A stretch of 64,000 nucleotides of DNA from an uncultured Acidobacteriota bacterium (lineage in GTDB: Bacteria; Acidobacteriota; Vicinamibacteria; Fen-336). The notes beneath the pieces were generated by a model that saw only the letters and a list, made by a program, of their open reading frames with translations, did no database searches and had not been told where the DNA came from. Location: the NCBI GenBank assembly GCA_963729875.1, contig CAVSPR010000004.1, forward strand, positions 56,886-120,885, written 5' to 3'. Made by a program: the position numbers and the translations under genes. Positions within the stretch are counted from its first letter, which is position 1, and the number at the start of each line of letters is the position of its first letter. This document shows, piece by piece, positions 40,601-49,318 of this stretch.

Positions 40601-41340
40601 CTTCCGCGCTCGCGGGGTCCCAGGCCTGGAGGACGTAGATGTCGTCGACGGGCGTCGCGGTCTCGTAGTAGGTCGCCGCCGGCACCTGGGCTCCGCCGTA
40701 GCGTGGCGTCGCGATCGAGGTGCTGAAGCGTGCTGGTGGTCAGGTTGCCGCCGTACATCGCGGCCTTGTCGAAGACGTAGATCCGCGTGCCCAGAAGGCG
40801 TCGTGCCGGCTGGTAAAGGTTGATCTGGACGACGACCCGGTCCGCGCTGAAGCCGATGTCGGGTACTCGTCGCCCAGCACGAGCGTTCGCGGCGTCGAGG
40901 TCGATGGCCTTCATGTACCAGTGGTCCGACAGCGGCGTCTGCAGGTCCGGGACGCCGTCTTCGAGACGCCGACCAGGAGGACCGCGCGTTGCCCGAGTCC
41001 GGCTTGTCGCAGGCGGCAACGACCCAGCGCGCGGCGACCGGGTCGTAGACGACCCGGGGCGCGACGCGGCGGCACGGACGGACCCGAGCCGGTAGCCCGC
41101 CCAGAAGTACGACCGAGGTCCGTGGCCGGCTCCACCTGCGTGCCGCGCGAAGTCCTGGACGACATCTGGCTCTTCAGCATCACCACGAGCTGGTTCGGGC
41201 CGACGGCGCCGTTGGTGTGCGGCGGAGCGGTGTTGCCGTTGTCGGCGACGGCGACGGAACGGCGGCTCCCCGGCGCCCGCCCCCGCTGCGATCAGTCCGA
41301 TGGCCAGACTCAGCCCCAGCCAGCGTGCCTTCCGCCTCAT
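37614..41340 (-). pseudogene. giant secreted protein: unknown N-terminal domain, Calx-beta-like domains, FN3-like and PQQ_2/BamB-type beta-propeller module; many frameshifts
   Basis: ATG 41340, MRRKARWLGLSLAIGLIAAGAGA. ..ADNGNTAPPHTNGAVGPNQLVVM.., HWYMKAIDLDAANA..GTRIYVFDKAAMYGGNL.., SIAVNTNEDLLIGYSRFNAGAYAEAAF. Calx-beta-like ISIADAAV..TPEDYALASGTL.., RVTLTNPSASSVGVHWKV.., GTGYGLILDDDE. Then PPVIGLAVVSDNARTG.QWVNPLW.., GTQYCYTVFVDY, GPVKWKYSTG, blades (DGWVHAIRADTGA, GNRFYALDPVTGAVFDYY, RLYVVNKAGRLWAID). Ends ..RGVFYAVDLSF TAG 37614-37616. Confidence 0.65.
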
Positions 41341-41635
41341 TTCAGCCCCTCCCCGACCCCCGCCGTCGCGGAAGCGTTCGGGCGCCATAAGTATAGCCCG
41401 AACAATGGCTTCCACATCTCCCCTTGAAGTTCCACTTCAGGCGTGGCACCGGGGCGACGCGACAGCGTGACCGCTCTTCAGACACGGCTGGCCTCATGGC
41501 CGGCCTCCGCCGGCGCTTACCGCAAGCCCCGTGCCGACTGGTGCCGAGGGACCATCGCGCCGCACCTCACACCCAGCCTCCCCCCGGTGGCAGTGAGCCG
41601 GGTCACACCCCGGTCGGCCGGGTTAAACTGGCCGG

Positions 41636-43495
41636 ATGAGCGAGAAGCACGCGCCCGCCGGATCGAAGCCGTTCCTCGACCGGCTGGCCGAGGGCACCGT
41701 CGTGTTCGACGGGGCGATGGGCACGATGCTCTACGCCCGCGGGGTCTTCCTGAACCGCTGCTTCGACGAGCTCAACCTCTCGAGCCCCTCCCTCGTCCGA
41801 CAGGTCCACACTGAGTACGTCGAGGCGGGCGCGGACGTGATCGAGACGAACACGTTCGGGGCCCACCGGTTCAAGCTCGGCCCGCACGGGCTCGAGTCCC
41901 AGACCCGGAAGATCAACCGCGAGGGGGCCCGGATCGCCGGCGAGGTCGCGAAGGGCCGCGCCCTCGTGGCCGGGGCCATCGGCCCCATCGGCAAGCCGCT
42001 CGCCCCGATCGGCAACGTGCGGCCGGAGGACGCCCAGGCGGCCTACCGTGAGCAGGCCGAGGGCCTGCTGGAGGGCGGAGTCGACCTCTTCCTGCTGGAG
42101 ACGATGCCCTCGCTCGACCAGGCCCGGGCGGCGCTGGCCGCGGTCCGCTCCCTGACGACCGATGTGCCGGCGGCGGTCAGCCTGACCTTCAGCGAGGAGG
42201 GCAACACCATCCACGGCGACCGGCCCGAGGACGTCGTGCGCGAGCTGGAGGCGCTCGGGGTGCCCCTGATCGGCGCCAACTGCAGCCAGGGGCCGCAGGC
42301 GATGCTGGAGACCGTCCAGCGCATGGCGGCGGTCGCGCGCACGGCGAAGCTCTCCGCCATGCCGAACGCCGGCTCCGCCGCGCTCGTCGAAGGAAGATAC
42401 GTCTATCTCTGCACGCCCGAGTACATGGCGACCTGGGCCCGGCGGTTCCTCGAGGCGGGCGTCAGCGTCGTGGGCGGCTGCTGCGGCACGACCCCGGCGC
42501 ACATCAAGGACCTCGTCCGCTCGGTCCGCATGTACCAGCCGGCGCGGGCCGAGGTGAAGGTCCTCCCGCCGTCGAGGCCGAAGGAGGCGCCGGCCGCGCT
42601 CCCGCCCGAGGCGAAGTCCCCCCTCGGCCGAAAGCTGCGGCGCAAGTTCGTGGTCTCGGTCGAGCTCGACCCGCCTCGTGGCGCGGACCCGGGCGCCCTC
42701 ATCGAGCGCGCGCAGCTGTGCAAGGAGAACGAGATCGACGCGATCAACGTCGCGGACGGGCCACGGGCCTCGGCGCGGATGAGCGCGCAGGCGCTGTGCA
42801 TCCTCCTCCAGGAGAAGGTGGGGATCGACACCATCCTCCACTACACGTGCCGCGACCGGAACCTCCTCGGCATCCAGTCCGACCTGCTGGGCGCGCACGC
42901 CCTGGGCCTGCGGAACATCCTGGCGATCACCGGCGACCCACCCAAGCTCGGCGACTACCCGGACGCGACCGCCGTGTACGACGTGGACTCGATCGGCCTC
43001 ATCCGGATCATGGACCACCTCAACCACGGGTGCGACCTGGCCGGCAACCTGATCGGTCCCGCCCTCGGCCTCCACGTGGGGTGCGGGGCCGACCCGAGCA
43101 AGCCGGACATGGAGAAGGAGGTCCGCCGGCTCGAGGAGAAGGTGAAGGCGGGGGCCGAGTACGTGATGACGCAGCCCGTCTACGACCCGAGGACGCTCGA
43201 GCGGTTCTTCTCGATGGTCCGCCACCTCGACCTGCCGCTGCTCGTCGGCATCCTGCCCCTCTACTCCCACCGCAACGCCGAGTTCCTCCACAACGAGGTC
43301 CCGGGGATGACCATCCCGGACGACATCCGCGAGCGGATGCGCCGGGCGGGCTCGGGGGAGAAGGCGCAGCTCGAGGGGGTCAAGGTCGCGCAGGAGGCGA
43401 CGCTGTGCGCCCGCGAGATGGGGCAGGGCGTCTACGTCATGCCGCCCTTCAACAAAGTGGAGCTGGCCGTCCGCGTGATCGACGTCCTGCGCTAG
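41636..43495 (+). CDS. bifunctional homocysteine S-methyltransferase / 5,10-methylenetetrahydrofolate reductase (YitJ type)
   Basis: N-terminal half: VVFDGAMGTMLY, ADVIETNTF, IGANCSQGP, VVGGCCGTTPAHI. C-terminal half: FVVSVELDPPRG, AINVADGP, HYTCRDRN, NILAITGDPP, YVMTQPVYD (MTHFR fold). 619 aa uninterrupted. Confidence 0.9.
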   Translation: MSEKHAPAGSKPFLDRLAEGTVVFDGAMGTMLYARGVFLNRCFDELNLSSPSLVRQVHTEYVEAGADVIETNTFGAHRFKLGPHGLESQTRKINREGARIAGEVAKGRALVAGAIGPIGKPLAPIGNVRPEDAQAAYREQAEGLLEGGVDLFLLETMPSLDQARAALAAVRSLTTDVPAAVSLTFSEEGNTIHGDRPEDVVRELEALGVPLIGANCSQGPQAMLETVQRMAAVARTAKLSAMPNAGSAALVEGRYVYLCTPEYMATWARRFLEAGVSVVGGCCGTTPAHIKDLVRSVRMYQPARAEVKVLPPSRPKEAPAALPPEAKSPLGRKLRRKFVVSVELDPPRGADPGALIERAQLCKENEIDAINVADGPRASARMSAQALCILLQEKVGIDTILHYTCRDRNLLGIQSDLLGAHALGLRNILAITGDPPKLGDYPDATAVYDVDSIGLIRIMDHLNHGCDLAGNLIGPALGLHVGCGADPSKPDMEKEVRRLEEKVKAGAEYVMTQPVYDPRTLERFFSMVRHLDLPLLVGILPLYSHRNAEFLHNEVPGMTIPDDIRERMRRAGSGEKAQLEGVKVAQEATLCAREMGQGVYVMPPFNKVELAVRVIDVLR

Positions 43496-43512
43496 ACTGG
43501 GACTTTCCCGAG

Positions 43513-44466
43513 GTGCAGGCCGTGACGCGATGGGTGGCCGGAGGCCTTGCCGCGCTCGTGCTGGTCGCCGCCCCGGCGAGGGCCCAGCGGACTCCGGAGT
43601 TCAAGGCGGGCCTCGACCTCGTCGACGTCACGTTGTCCGTGCGGGACGGCAAGGGCGGGCTCGTGTCGGACCTCGCCGCCGGCGACTTCGTCGTCCGCGA
43701 GGACGGCCGGCCCCAGAAGCTCGAGCTGTTCGCCCCCGCGGCCCTCCCCGGGGAGCGCGAGGAGCTGGCCCTCAACCTCGGCATGCTGTTCGACACCAGC
43801 GGGAGCATGCGCAAGGACCTGCGGCTGAGCCAGGAGTCGGCCATCCGCTTCCTCGAGAACATCCCCCGCGCGCGCGACCTCGTCCTCATCTTCTTCGACC
43901 GGGACATCCGCCTCTCCCGCTACAGCTCGGAGAACCAGCAGGGCATCTTCGGGCGGATCCTGGAGACGCAGGGGGACGGCTTCACTGCCCTCTACGACGC
44001 GATCGCGGTCTACCTGTCCCGGGTGGGCGAGACGCCGGGCCGCAAGGTGCTGGTCGTCTTCACCGACGGCGACGACACCACCAGCCGGACCTCCCCGCAG
44101 GAGGTGCAGGCCTTCGTCCGCTCGAGCAGCGTGACGATCTACCCCGTCGCCTTCCCCGGGCAGAACCGGCCGGGCAGCACGGAGTCGCTGCGCGCCCGCT
44201 CCTTTCTCCACTCGCTCGCCGAGCTGAGCGGCGGCCGCGTCTTCCAGCCCTCGGCCTCGCGCGAGCTGGCCGGGATCTACCAGTCGATCCTCGACGAGCT
44301 CGGCACCCAGTACGTCCTCGGCTACGTCTCGGACAACCCGAAGCGCGACGGGAAGTTCCGCAAGATCGCGGTGGAGGTGAACCGGCCGGGCCTCAAGGTC
44401 CGGCACCGCACCGGCTACGACGCGCCGAAGGACGAGGCCCCGCGGCGGCCCGTCAGCGGCCGCTAG
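43513..44466 (+). CDS. secreted VWA-domain protein with the Acidobacteria-type VWFA-related N-terminal signature
   Basis: Signal [63 protein letters not shown]; MIDAS-like LFDTSGSM; VVFTDGDDT; [23 protein letters not shown] tail. Start is GTG 43513 or 43522. Confidence 0.85.
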   Translation: MQAVTRWVAGGLAALVLVAAPARAQRTPEFKAGLDLVDVTLSVRDGKGGLVSDLAAGDFVVREDGRPQKLELFAPAALPGEREELALNLGMLFDTSGSMRKDLRLSQESAIRFLENIPRARDLVLIFFDRDIRLSRYSSENQQGIFGRILETQGDGFTALYDAIAVYLSRVGETPGRKVLVVFTDGDDTTSRTSPQEVQAFVRSSSVTIYPVAFPGQNRPGSTESLRARSFLHSLAELSGGRVFQPSASRELAGIYQSILDELGTQYVLGYVSDNPKRDGKFRKIAVEVNRPGLKVRHRTGYDAPKDEAPRRPVSGR

Positions 44467-45482
44467 CGCGATCCCAGCCGCGACTCGACCTTGCGCTCCA
44501 GCTCCCGCAGCCGCCTCTGAAGCTCGGGCAGCTTCGCAAACACCGCGCTCGACTTGAGCCAGGCGCGGTTCGCGATGGCGGGAGAGCCGGAGACGACCGC
44601 GCCCTTCTCGACGTCCCCCGGGATGCCGCTCTGGGCGGTGGCGATCACGCCGTCGCCGATCGTGAGGTGGCCGGCTACGCCCACCTGCCCGGCCAGCGTC
44701 ACGCCGTTCCCGACCCGGGTGCTGCCGGCGATGCCCACCTGCCCCGCGAGCACCGTGTCCTCGCCGACCGTGACGGAGTGGCCGATCTGCACGAGGTTGT
44801 CGAGCTTCGCTCCCCGTCCGATCCGGGTCTCGCCGAGCGCCGCCCGGTCGATCGCGGTGAGCGCCCCGATCTCGACGTCGTCCTCGACCACCACGGTCCC
44901 GACCTGGGGGAACTTGTGGTAGCGGCCCTCGCCGTCGCGGGCGAAGCCGAAGCCGTCGGAGCCGACGACGGCCCCGTTCTGGACGACGACCCGGTTCCCG
45001 AGCCGGCAGCGCTCGCGCACCTGCACCCCGGAGTGGAGGACGCAGTCCTCGCCGACCTCGACCCCGTCGTAGAGCACCACGTGAGGGTGGACGACGGTGC
45101 GGGCGCCGACGCGCGCCCCGGCCCCGACGACCGCGAGGGCGCCCACGTGGACGCCGGCCCCGAGCTCGGCGGTGGGGTGGATCCGGGCCGAGGGGTCGAC
45201 GCCGGGAGCCGGGTGCTCCAGGGGACGCAGGAGCGCCACCGCGCGGGCGAAGGCGAGGTAGGGGTTCTCGGTGAAGAGGCAGGCCGTGGGGGCCTCGTGC
45301 CCCGGCGCCAGGATGACCGCCGCCGCGCGTGTCGTGTGGAGGTGGGCCGCGTACCGTGGGTTGGCGAGGAAGGTGACGTCGCCGGGGCCGGCGAGCTCGA
45401 TGGGGGCCACCCCCGTGACCTCCCGCTCGCCGTCGCCGCGCAGCTCGCAGCCGAGTCGCTCGGCCAGCTCGCCGAGCTTCAC
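44463..45482 (-). CDS. lpxD: UDP-3-O-(3-hydroxyacyl)glucosamine N-acyltransferase
   Basis: GTG 45482 overlaps the bactofilin stop (GTGA). [30 protein letters not shown]; long hexapeptide-repeat left-handed helix; GFGFA..HKFPQVG. Confidence 0.9.
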   Translation of the reverse strand: MKLGELAERLGCELRGDGEREVTGVAPIELAGPGDVTFLANPRYAAHLHTTRAAAVILAPGHEAPTACLFTENPYLAFARAVALLRPLEHPAPGVDPSARIHPTAELGAGVHVGALAVVGAGARVGARTVVHPHVVLYDGVEVGEDCVLHSGVQVRERCRLGNRVVVQNGAVVGSDGFGFARDGEGRYHKFPQVGTVVVEDDVEIGALTAIDRAALGETRIGRGAKLDNLVQIGHSVTVGEDTVLAGQVGIAGSTRVGNGVTLAGQVGVAGHLTIGDGVIATAQSGIPGDVEKGAVVSGSPAIANRAWLKSSAVFAKLPELQRRLRELERKVESRLGSR

Positions 45483-45892
45483 GCGCCCGCCTTGTCCTGC
45501 TTCTCCGCCGGGGCCGGCGGGTCCCCGGGCCGCGGGGCCGCGGCGGGAGAGGCGGCCGGCGCGGGCTTCGACGCCCCCTCGCCCGCGGCCACCGAGCCGG
45601 ACAGCCACGCGCCCTCGCGCACGACCAGGACCCGCGCGTCGACGGTGCCCTGCACGCGGGCCTTCTCCGCGAGGGTCACGCTGCGCGCGCGCACGTCGCC
45701 CTTGAGCTCGCCCGCGACCTCCACCGCGTCGGCCGAGACCACGGCCTCCACCCGCGCACTCTCCCCCAGCACCAGGCGCCCGGAGAGCGTGATCTCGCCG
45801 CGGAAGCGCCCCAGCACGACCGCGTCCTTCCCCTTGAGCTTCCCCTCGACGTCCGCCTGCGCGTCGACGACGGTGGCCTTCTCGTCCGCCAT
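45479..45892 (-). CDS. bactofilin (polymer-forming cytoskeletal protein)
   Basis: 137 aa: [70 protein letters not shown] beta-helix repeats, plus a Pro/Ala-rich tail. Confidence 0.85.
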   Translation of the reverse strand: MADEKATVVDAQADVEGKLKGKDAVVLGRFRGEITLSGRLVLGESARVEAVVSADAVEVAGELKGDVRARSVTLAEKARVQGTVDARVLVVREGAWLSGSVAAGEGASKPAPAASPAAAPRPGDPPAPAEKQDKAGA

Positions 45893-45913
45893 GCTTGCCT
45901 CGCTCCGCCGCGC

Positions 45914-45922
45914 ATTCTATCA
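45914..45922 (-). promoter_or_regulatory. candidate extended -10 box TGaTAGAAT for the bactofilin-lpxD operon
   Basis: The reverse complement of 45914-45922 reads TGATAGAAT. It is 21 nt upstream of ATG 45892, with GAGG in between. Confidence 0.4.
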
Positions 45923-45962
45923 GGCCGGCGCCCACGCGCCCCCGTCCTCCCCCGCGGCCCGC

Positions 45963-45968
45963 TATGAT
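45963..45968 (+). promoter_or_regulatory. candidate -10 box TATGAT for uvrB
   Basis: TATGAT lies 32 nt upstream of GTG 46001 in the divergent spacer. Confidence 0.35.
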
Positions 45969-46000
45969 GTCCGGATGGCCCCCGTCCCCGCGGTGCACCC

Positions 46001-48043
46001 GTGAGCCCCGTCCGCCCCGAGCCGGAGCGGCTCGCCCCCGCGGTGGCGGACACGCGGTTCGAGCTCGTCAGCGATTTCGAGCCCCGGGGCGACCAGCCCC
46101 GCGCGATCGGTGAGCTCATGGAGGGCCTCGAGCGCGGGGACGAGCACCAGGTCCTCCTCGGGGTCACCGGCTCGGGGAAGACCTTCACCGTCGCCTCCGT
46201 CGTCGCGCAGGTGAACCGGCCGACCCTCGTCCTCGCCCACAACAAGACGCTCGCCGCCCAGCTCTACCAGGAGTTCAAGGGCTTCTTCCCGACGAACGCG
46301 GTCGAGTACTTCGTCTCCTACTACGACTACTACCAGCCCGAGGCGTACGTCCCGCAGTCGGACACCTACATCGAGAAGGAGTCCACGATCAACGAGGAGA
46401 TCGACCGCCTCCGCCTCTCCGCCACGCGGAGCCTCTTCGAGCGCCGCGACGTCCTGATCGTGGCCTCGGTGTCGTGCATCTACGGCCTCGGCTCGCCCGA
46501 GGCCTACTACGGGATGCTGCTCTTCGTCAGGCAGGGGGACACCCTCGACCGCCGGGACCTTCTCTCCCGGCTCGTCGAGGCGCGCTACGACCGCAACGAC
46601 TACGAGCTCAAGCGCGGGACCTTCCGCGTGCGGGGCGACGTGGTCGAGATCGTCCCCTCCTACGAGGAGAGCGGGGTGAGGATCGAGCTGTTCGGGGACG
46701 AGGTGGAGAGGATCAGCGGCTTCGACCCGCTCACCGGGAAGACCACTGGGAGGCTGGCCCAGGTCGCGATCTACCCGTCGAGCCACTACGTGACCCCCCA
46801 GCCCCGGCTCGCGGACGCGGTGAGGACGATCGAGGCGGAGCTCGTCGAGGAGAAGGCGAAGCTCGAGACCCAGGGCAAGCTCCTCGAGGCGCAGCGGCTC
46901 TTCCAGCGCACGATGTTCGACCTCGAGATGCTTCGCGAGACCGGCCACTGCCACGGCATCGAGAACTACTCGCGCCACCTGTCGGGGCGGAGGCCGGGGG
47001 AGCCGCCGCCCACCCTGCTCGACTACCTGCCGAAGGACGCGCTCATGGTGGTGGACGAGTCGCACCAGTCGATCCCGCAGGTGCGCGGCATGTTCCACGG
47101 CGACCGCCAGCGCAAGTCGACCCTCGTCGAGTACGGCTTCCGCCTCCCCTCCGCCCTCGACAACCGGCCGCTGAGCTTCGAGGAGTTCGAGGAGCGCCTC
47201 GGCCAGGTGCTCTACGTCTCCGCCACGCCCGGGCCCTACGAGCTGAAGAAGGCGGGGGGCGTGGTGGTCGAGCAGGTCATCCGCCCGACCGGCCTCATGG
47301 ACCCGCGCCTCGAGGTGCGGCCGGTGAAGGGGCAGGTGGACGACCTGCTGGCGGAGATCCGGGCCCGGGCGGCGAAGGGGCAGCGCGTCCTCGTCACCAC
47401 CCTGACCAAGCGGATGGCCGAGGACCTCACCGAGTACTACCACGACCTCGGGGTGAGGGTGCGCTACCTGCACTCCGACATCGAGACGCTCGAGCGGGTG
47501 AGGATCCTGCGCGACCTGCGCAAGGGGGAGTTCGACGTGCTCGTGGGCATCAACCTCCTGCGCGAGGGGCTCGACCTCCCCGAGGTGTCGCTGGTGGCGA
47601 TCCTCGACGCGGACAAGGAGGGCTTCCTGCGCTCCGCGGGCTCACTGATCCAGACGATCGGGCGCGCCGCCCGCAACGTCGAGGGGATGGCCATCCTCTA
47701 CGCCGACCAGGTCACGGACTCCATGAAGGCGGCGATCGACGAGACGACGCGGCGGCGCGTGCGGCAGGAGGAGTACAACCGCGAGAACGACATCACCCCG
47801 GAGACGATCCGCAAGAGCATCGGGGATCTGCTCTCCTCGGTCTACGAGCACGACTACGCGGCCGTGCCCGAGGTCGAGGAGGAGCCGGAGGCCCGCTACC
47901 GCTCCCTCGAGGACCTGGAGGGCGAGGTCAAGGCCCTCGAGAAGCAGATGCGAGAGGCGGCGAAGGCGCTCGAGTTCGAGAAGGCGGCCGAGCTGCGCGA
48001 CCGCATCCGGCGGCTGCGGGCGCGCGAGTTCGGCCTCAAGTAG
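46001..48043 (+). CDS. uvrB: excinuclease ABC subunit B
   Basis: [44 protein letters not shown] domain [12 protein letters not shown]. 680 aa uninterrupted. Confidence 0.95.
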   Translation: MSPVRPEPERLAPAVADTRFELVSDFEPRGDQPRAIGELMEGLERGDEHQVLLGVTGSGKTFTVASVVAQVNRPTLVLAHNKTLAAQLYQEFKGFFPTNAVEYFVSYYDYYQPEAYVPQSDTYIEKESTINEEIDRLRLSATRSLFERRDVLIVASVSCIYGLGSPEAYYGMLLFVRQGDTLDRRDLLSRLVEARYDRNDYELKRGTFRVRGDVVEIVPSYEESGVRIELFGDEVERISGFDPLTGKTTGRLAQVAIYPSSHYVTPQPRLADAVRTIEAELVEEKAKLETQGKLLEAQRLFQRTMFDLEMLRETGHCHGIENYSRHLSGRRPGEPPPTLLDYLPKDALMVVDESHQSIPQVRGMFHGDRQRKSTLVEYGFRLPSALDNRPLSFEEFEERLGQVLYVSATPGPYELKKAGGVVVEQVIRPTGLMDPRLEVRPVKGQVDDLLAEIRARAAKGQRVLVTTLTKRMAEDLTEYYHDLGVRVRYLHSDIETLERVRILRDLRKGEFDVLVGINLLREGLDLPEVSLVAILDADKEGFLRSAGSLIQTIGRAARNVEGMAILYADQVTDSMKAAIDETTRRRVRQEEYNRENDITPETIRKSIGDLLSSVYEHDYAAVPEVEEEPEARYRSLEDLEGEVKALEKQMREAAKALEFEKAAELRDRIRRLRAREFGLK

Positions 48044-48056
48044 CCGGGCGCGCCGG

Positions 48057-49280
48057 TCAGGCTGTCTTGACGAGCGGCGGCCGCGGCGCGGGTTCGCCGA
48101 GGGCCTCGCCGAGCTTCAGCTGCTTCAGGTAGAGGCGGAAGCGCCGCTGCTGGGCGCGGGGCATGTGGATGATCTCCGTGCCGATCTCGAAGCCGCCCCG
48201 GGCCCCCACCACGCGCAGGACCCTCACCGCGGCCTCCACCGTCTCCCCGTTCGGGGGGAGCGACAGCTGGACCCTCACGAAGGCGCCCGTGGGCAGCGGC
48301 TCCGGCGCGTGGAAGAGGACGCCGCCCTCGCTCACGTTGATCGTGGTGAGGGCGTGGGAGCCCTTCTCGAGGGCGCTGTACCGGCCGGGGAGTGTCGCCT
48401 CGAGCCGCGAGTACTCGCGCCGCTCGTCGGAGAAGGGCTTGACGCAGTTCTTGCCCATGCTCTTCGCGATGTAGAGCGCCCGGTCCGCCCGGTCCACGAG
48501 CTCCTGCGCGGTCGTGGCGTCGCCGGGCAGGCCGGCCACCCCGATGCTGACGGTGAGCGGCCGGCCGCCGCGCTCCTCGTCCCGGCCGATCCCCGCGTCC
48601 TCGACGGCCGCGCGCAGCTTCTCCCCGATCTTGAGGGCGGCGAGCTTGGGGGTGCTCGGGAGCAGGATGGCGAACTCCTCGCCGCCGTAGCGCGCCACCA
48701 CGTCCACCTCGCGCACGGTCTTCTTCAGTACGGAGGCCATGCGGCGCAGGGCCATGTTGCCGGCGAGGTGCCCCTTCGAGTCGTTGAGGGCCTTGAAGTC
48801 GTCGGCGTCGATCATGAGGAGGGTGAGCGGCGTGTCGTAGCGCTCCGCGCGCCGTACCTCGGAGACGACCCGGTCCTGGAAGTAGCGGAAATTGTAGAGG
48901 CGGGTGAGCTCGTCGTAGATGGCGGAGTCCTGGGCCTTGCGCAGGATCTTGATCTCGACGATCGCCGGGTTGTGGAGCTTGCGCTGGCTGCGCAGGAAGT
49001 ACTGCAGCACCGCCACCCGCAGGTCCACCTTCTCGGGGACGAGCCGGTTCAGGTCCTCCCACTGGCGCAGCACGCGGAGCCAGTGCTCGTGGGCCCGGGC
49101 GGGGGCGAAGTCGAGCTGGGTGAGGACGAAGAGGAGCACCCCGTAGACCTCGGGGCCCTCCGCGGCCTCCAGGCGCTCCATCGCCTCGCGCCAGCCCGCG
49201 GGGGTCTTCGGCCCCGTCCCGAGCATGGCGATGATGCGGTCCGCGACCACGGTGTTGAGCCGGCTGTCCTGCTTCACCAT
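48057..49280 (-). CDS. diguanylate cyclase (GGEEF, with RxxD I-site) fused to a C-terminal PilZ domain
   Basis: ATG 49280 (MVKQDSRLN). ..DELTRLYNFRYF.., LLMIDADDFKALND, REVDVVARYGGEEFAILL (RxxD 5 residues before GGEEF). PilZ motifs RREYSR and NVSEGG about 22 residues apart. Confidence 0.85.
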   Translation of the reverse strand: MVKQDSRLNTVVADRIIAMLGTGPKTPAGWREAMERLEAAEGPEVYGVLLFVLTQLDFAPARAHEHWLRVLRQWEDLNRLVPEKVDLRVAVLQYFLRSQRKLHNPAIVEIKILRKAQDSAIYDELTRLYNFRYFQDRVVSEVRRAERYDTPLTLLMIDADDFKALNDSKGHLAGNMALRRMASVLKKTVREVDVVARYGGEEFAILLPSTPKLAALKIGEKLRAAVEDAGIGRDEERGGRPLTVSIGVAGLPGDATTAQELVDRADRALYIAKSMGKNCVKPFSDERREYSRLEATLPGRYSALEKGSHALTTINVSEGGVLFHAPEPLPTGAFVRVQLSLPPNGETVEAAVRVLRVVGARGGFEIGTEIIHMPRAQQRRFRLYLKQLKLGEALGEPAPRPPLVKTA

Positions 49281-49318
49281 CGTCCCGTTCTCCCGCGCGT
49301 CCCGGGCCACGCTCGCCC

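Noticed and set aside
28822-41340. The accessory block as a mobile genetic element or genomic island with mobility genes.
   Set aside because: I found no integrase, transposase, tRNA attachment site, flanking direct repeats or phage/conjugation genes in or beside the block. Composition looks like the rest of the window. It is treated as accessory only because of its content.
31199-41340. Programmed ribosomal frameshifting as an explanation for the many frame changes.
   Set aside because: There are far too many sites with no shared slippery heptamer or downstream pseudoknot pattern. The same kind of break occurs in uvrC, scpB and rarA, which are not known to use recoding.
41341-41635. A 295-nt spacer upstream of the homocysteine methyltransferase/MTHFR fusion; possible SAM, SAH or cobalamin riboswitch. 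It contains GGTGCC..GAGGGA and small hairpins (TTCGGGC-N12-GCCCGAA at 41377-41402, TGAAGT-tcc-ACTTCA).
   Set aside because: The order and spacing of the short matches do not fit the SAM-I, SAM-II, SAM-IV, SAH or cobalamin cores as I remember them. The spacer also has to hold the divergent promoter of the giant-protein gene (TATACT on the minus strand at 41390-41395). A covariance-model scan (Rfam/Infernal) would settle it.
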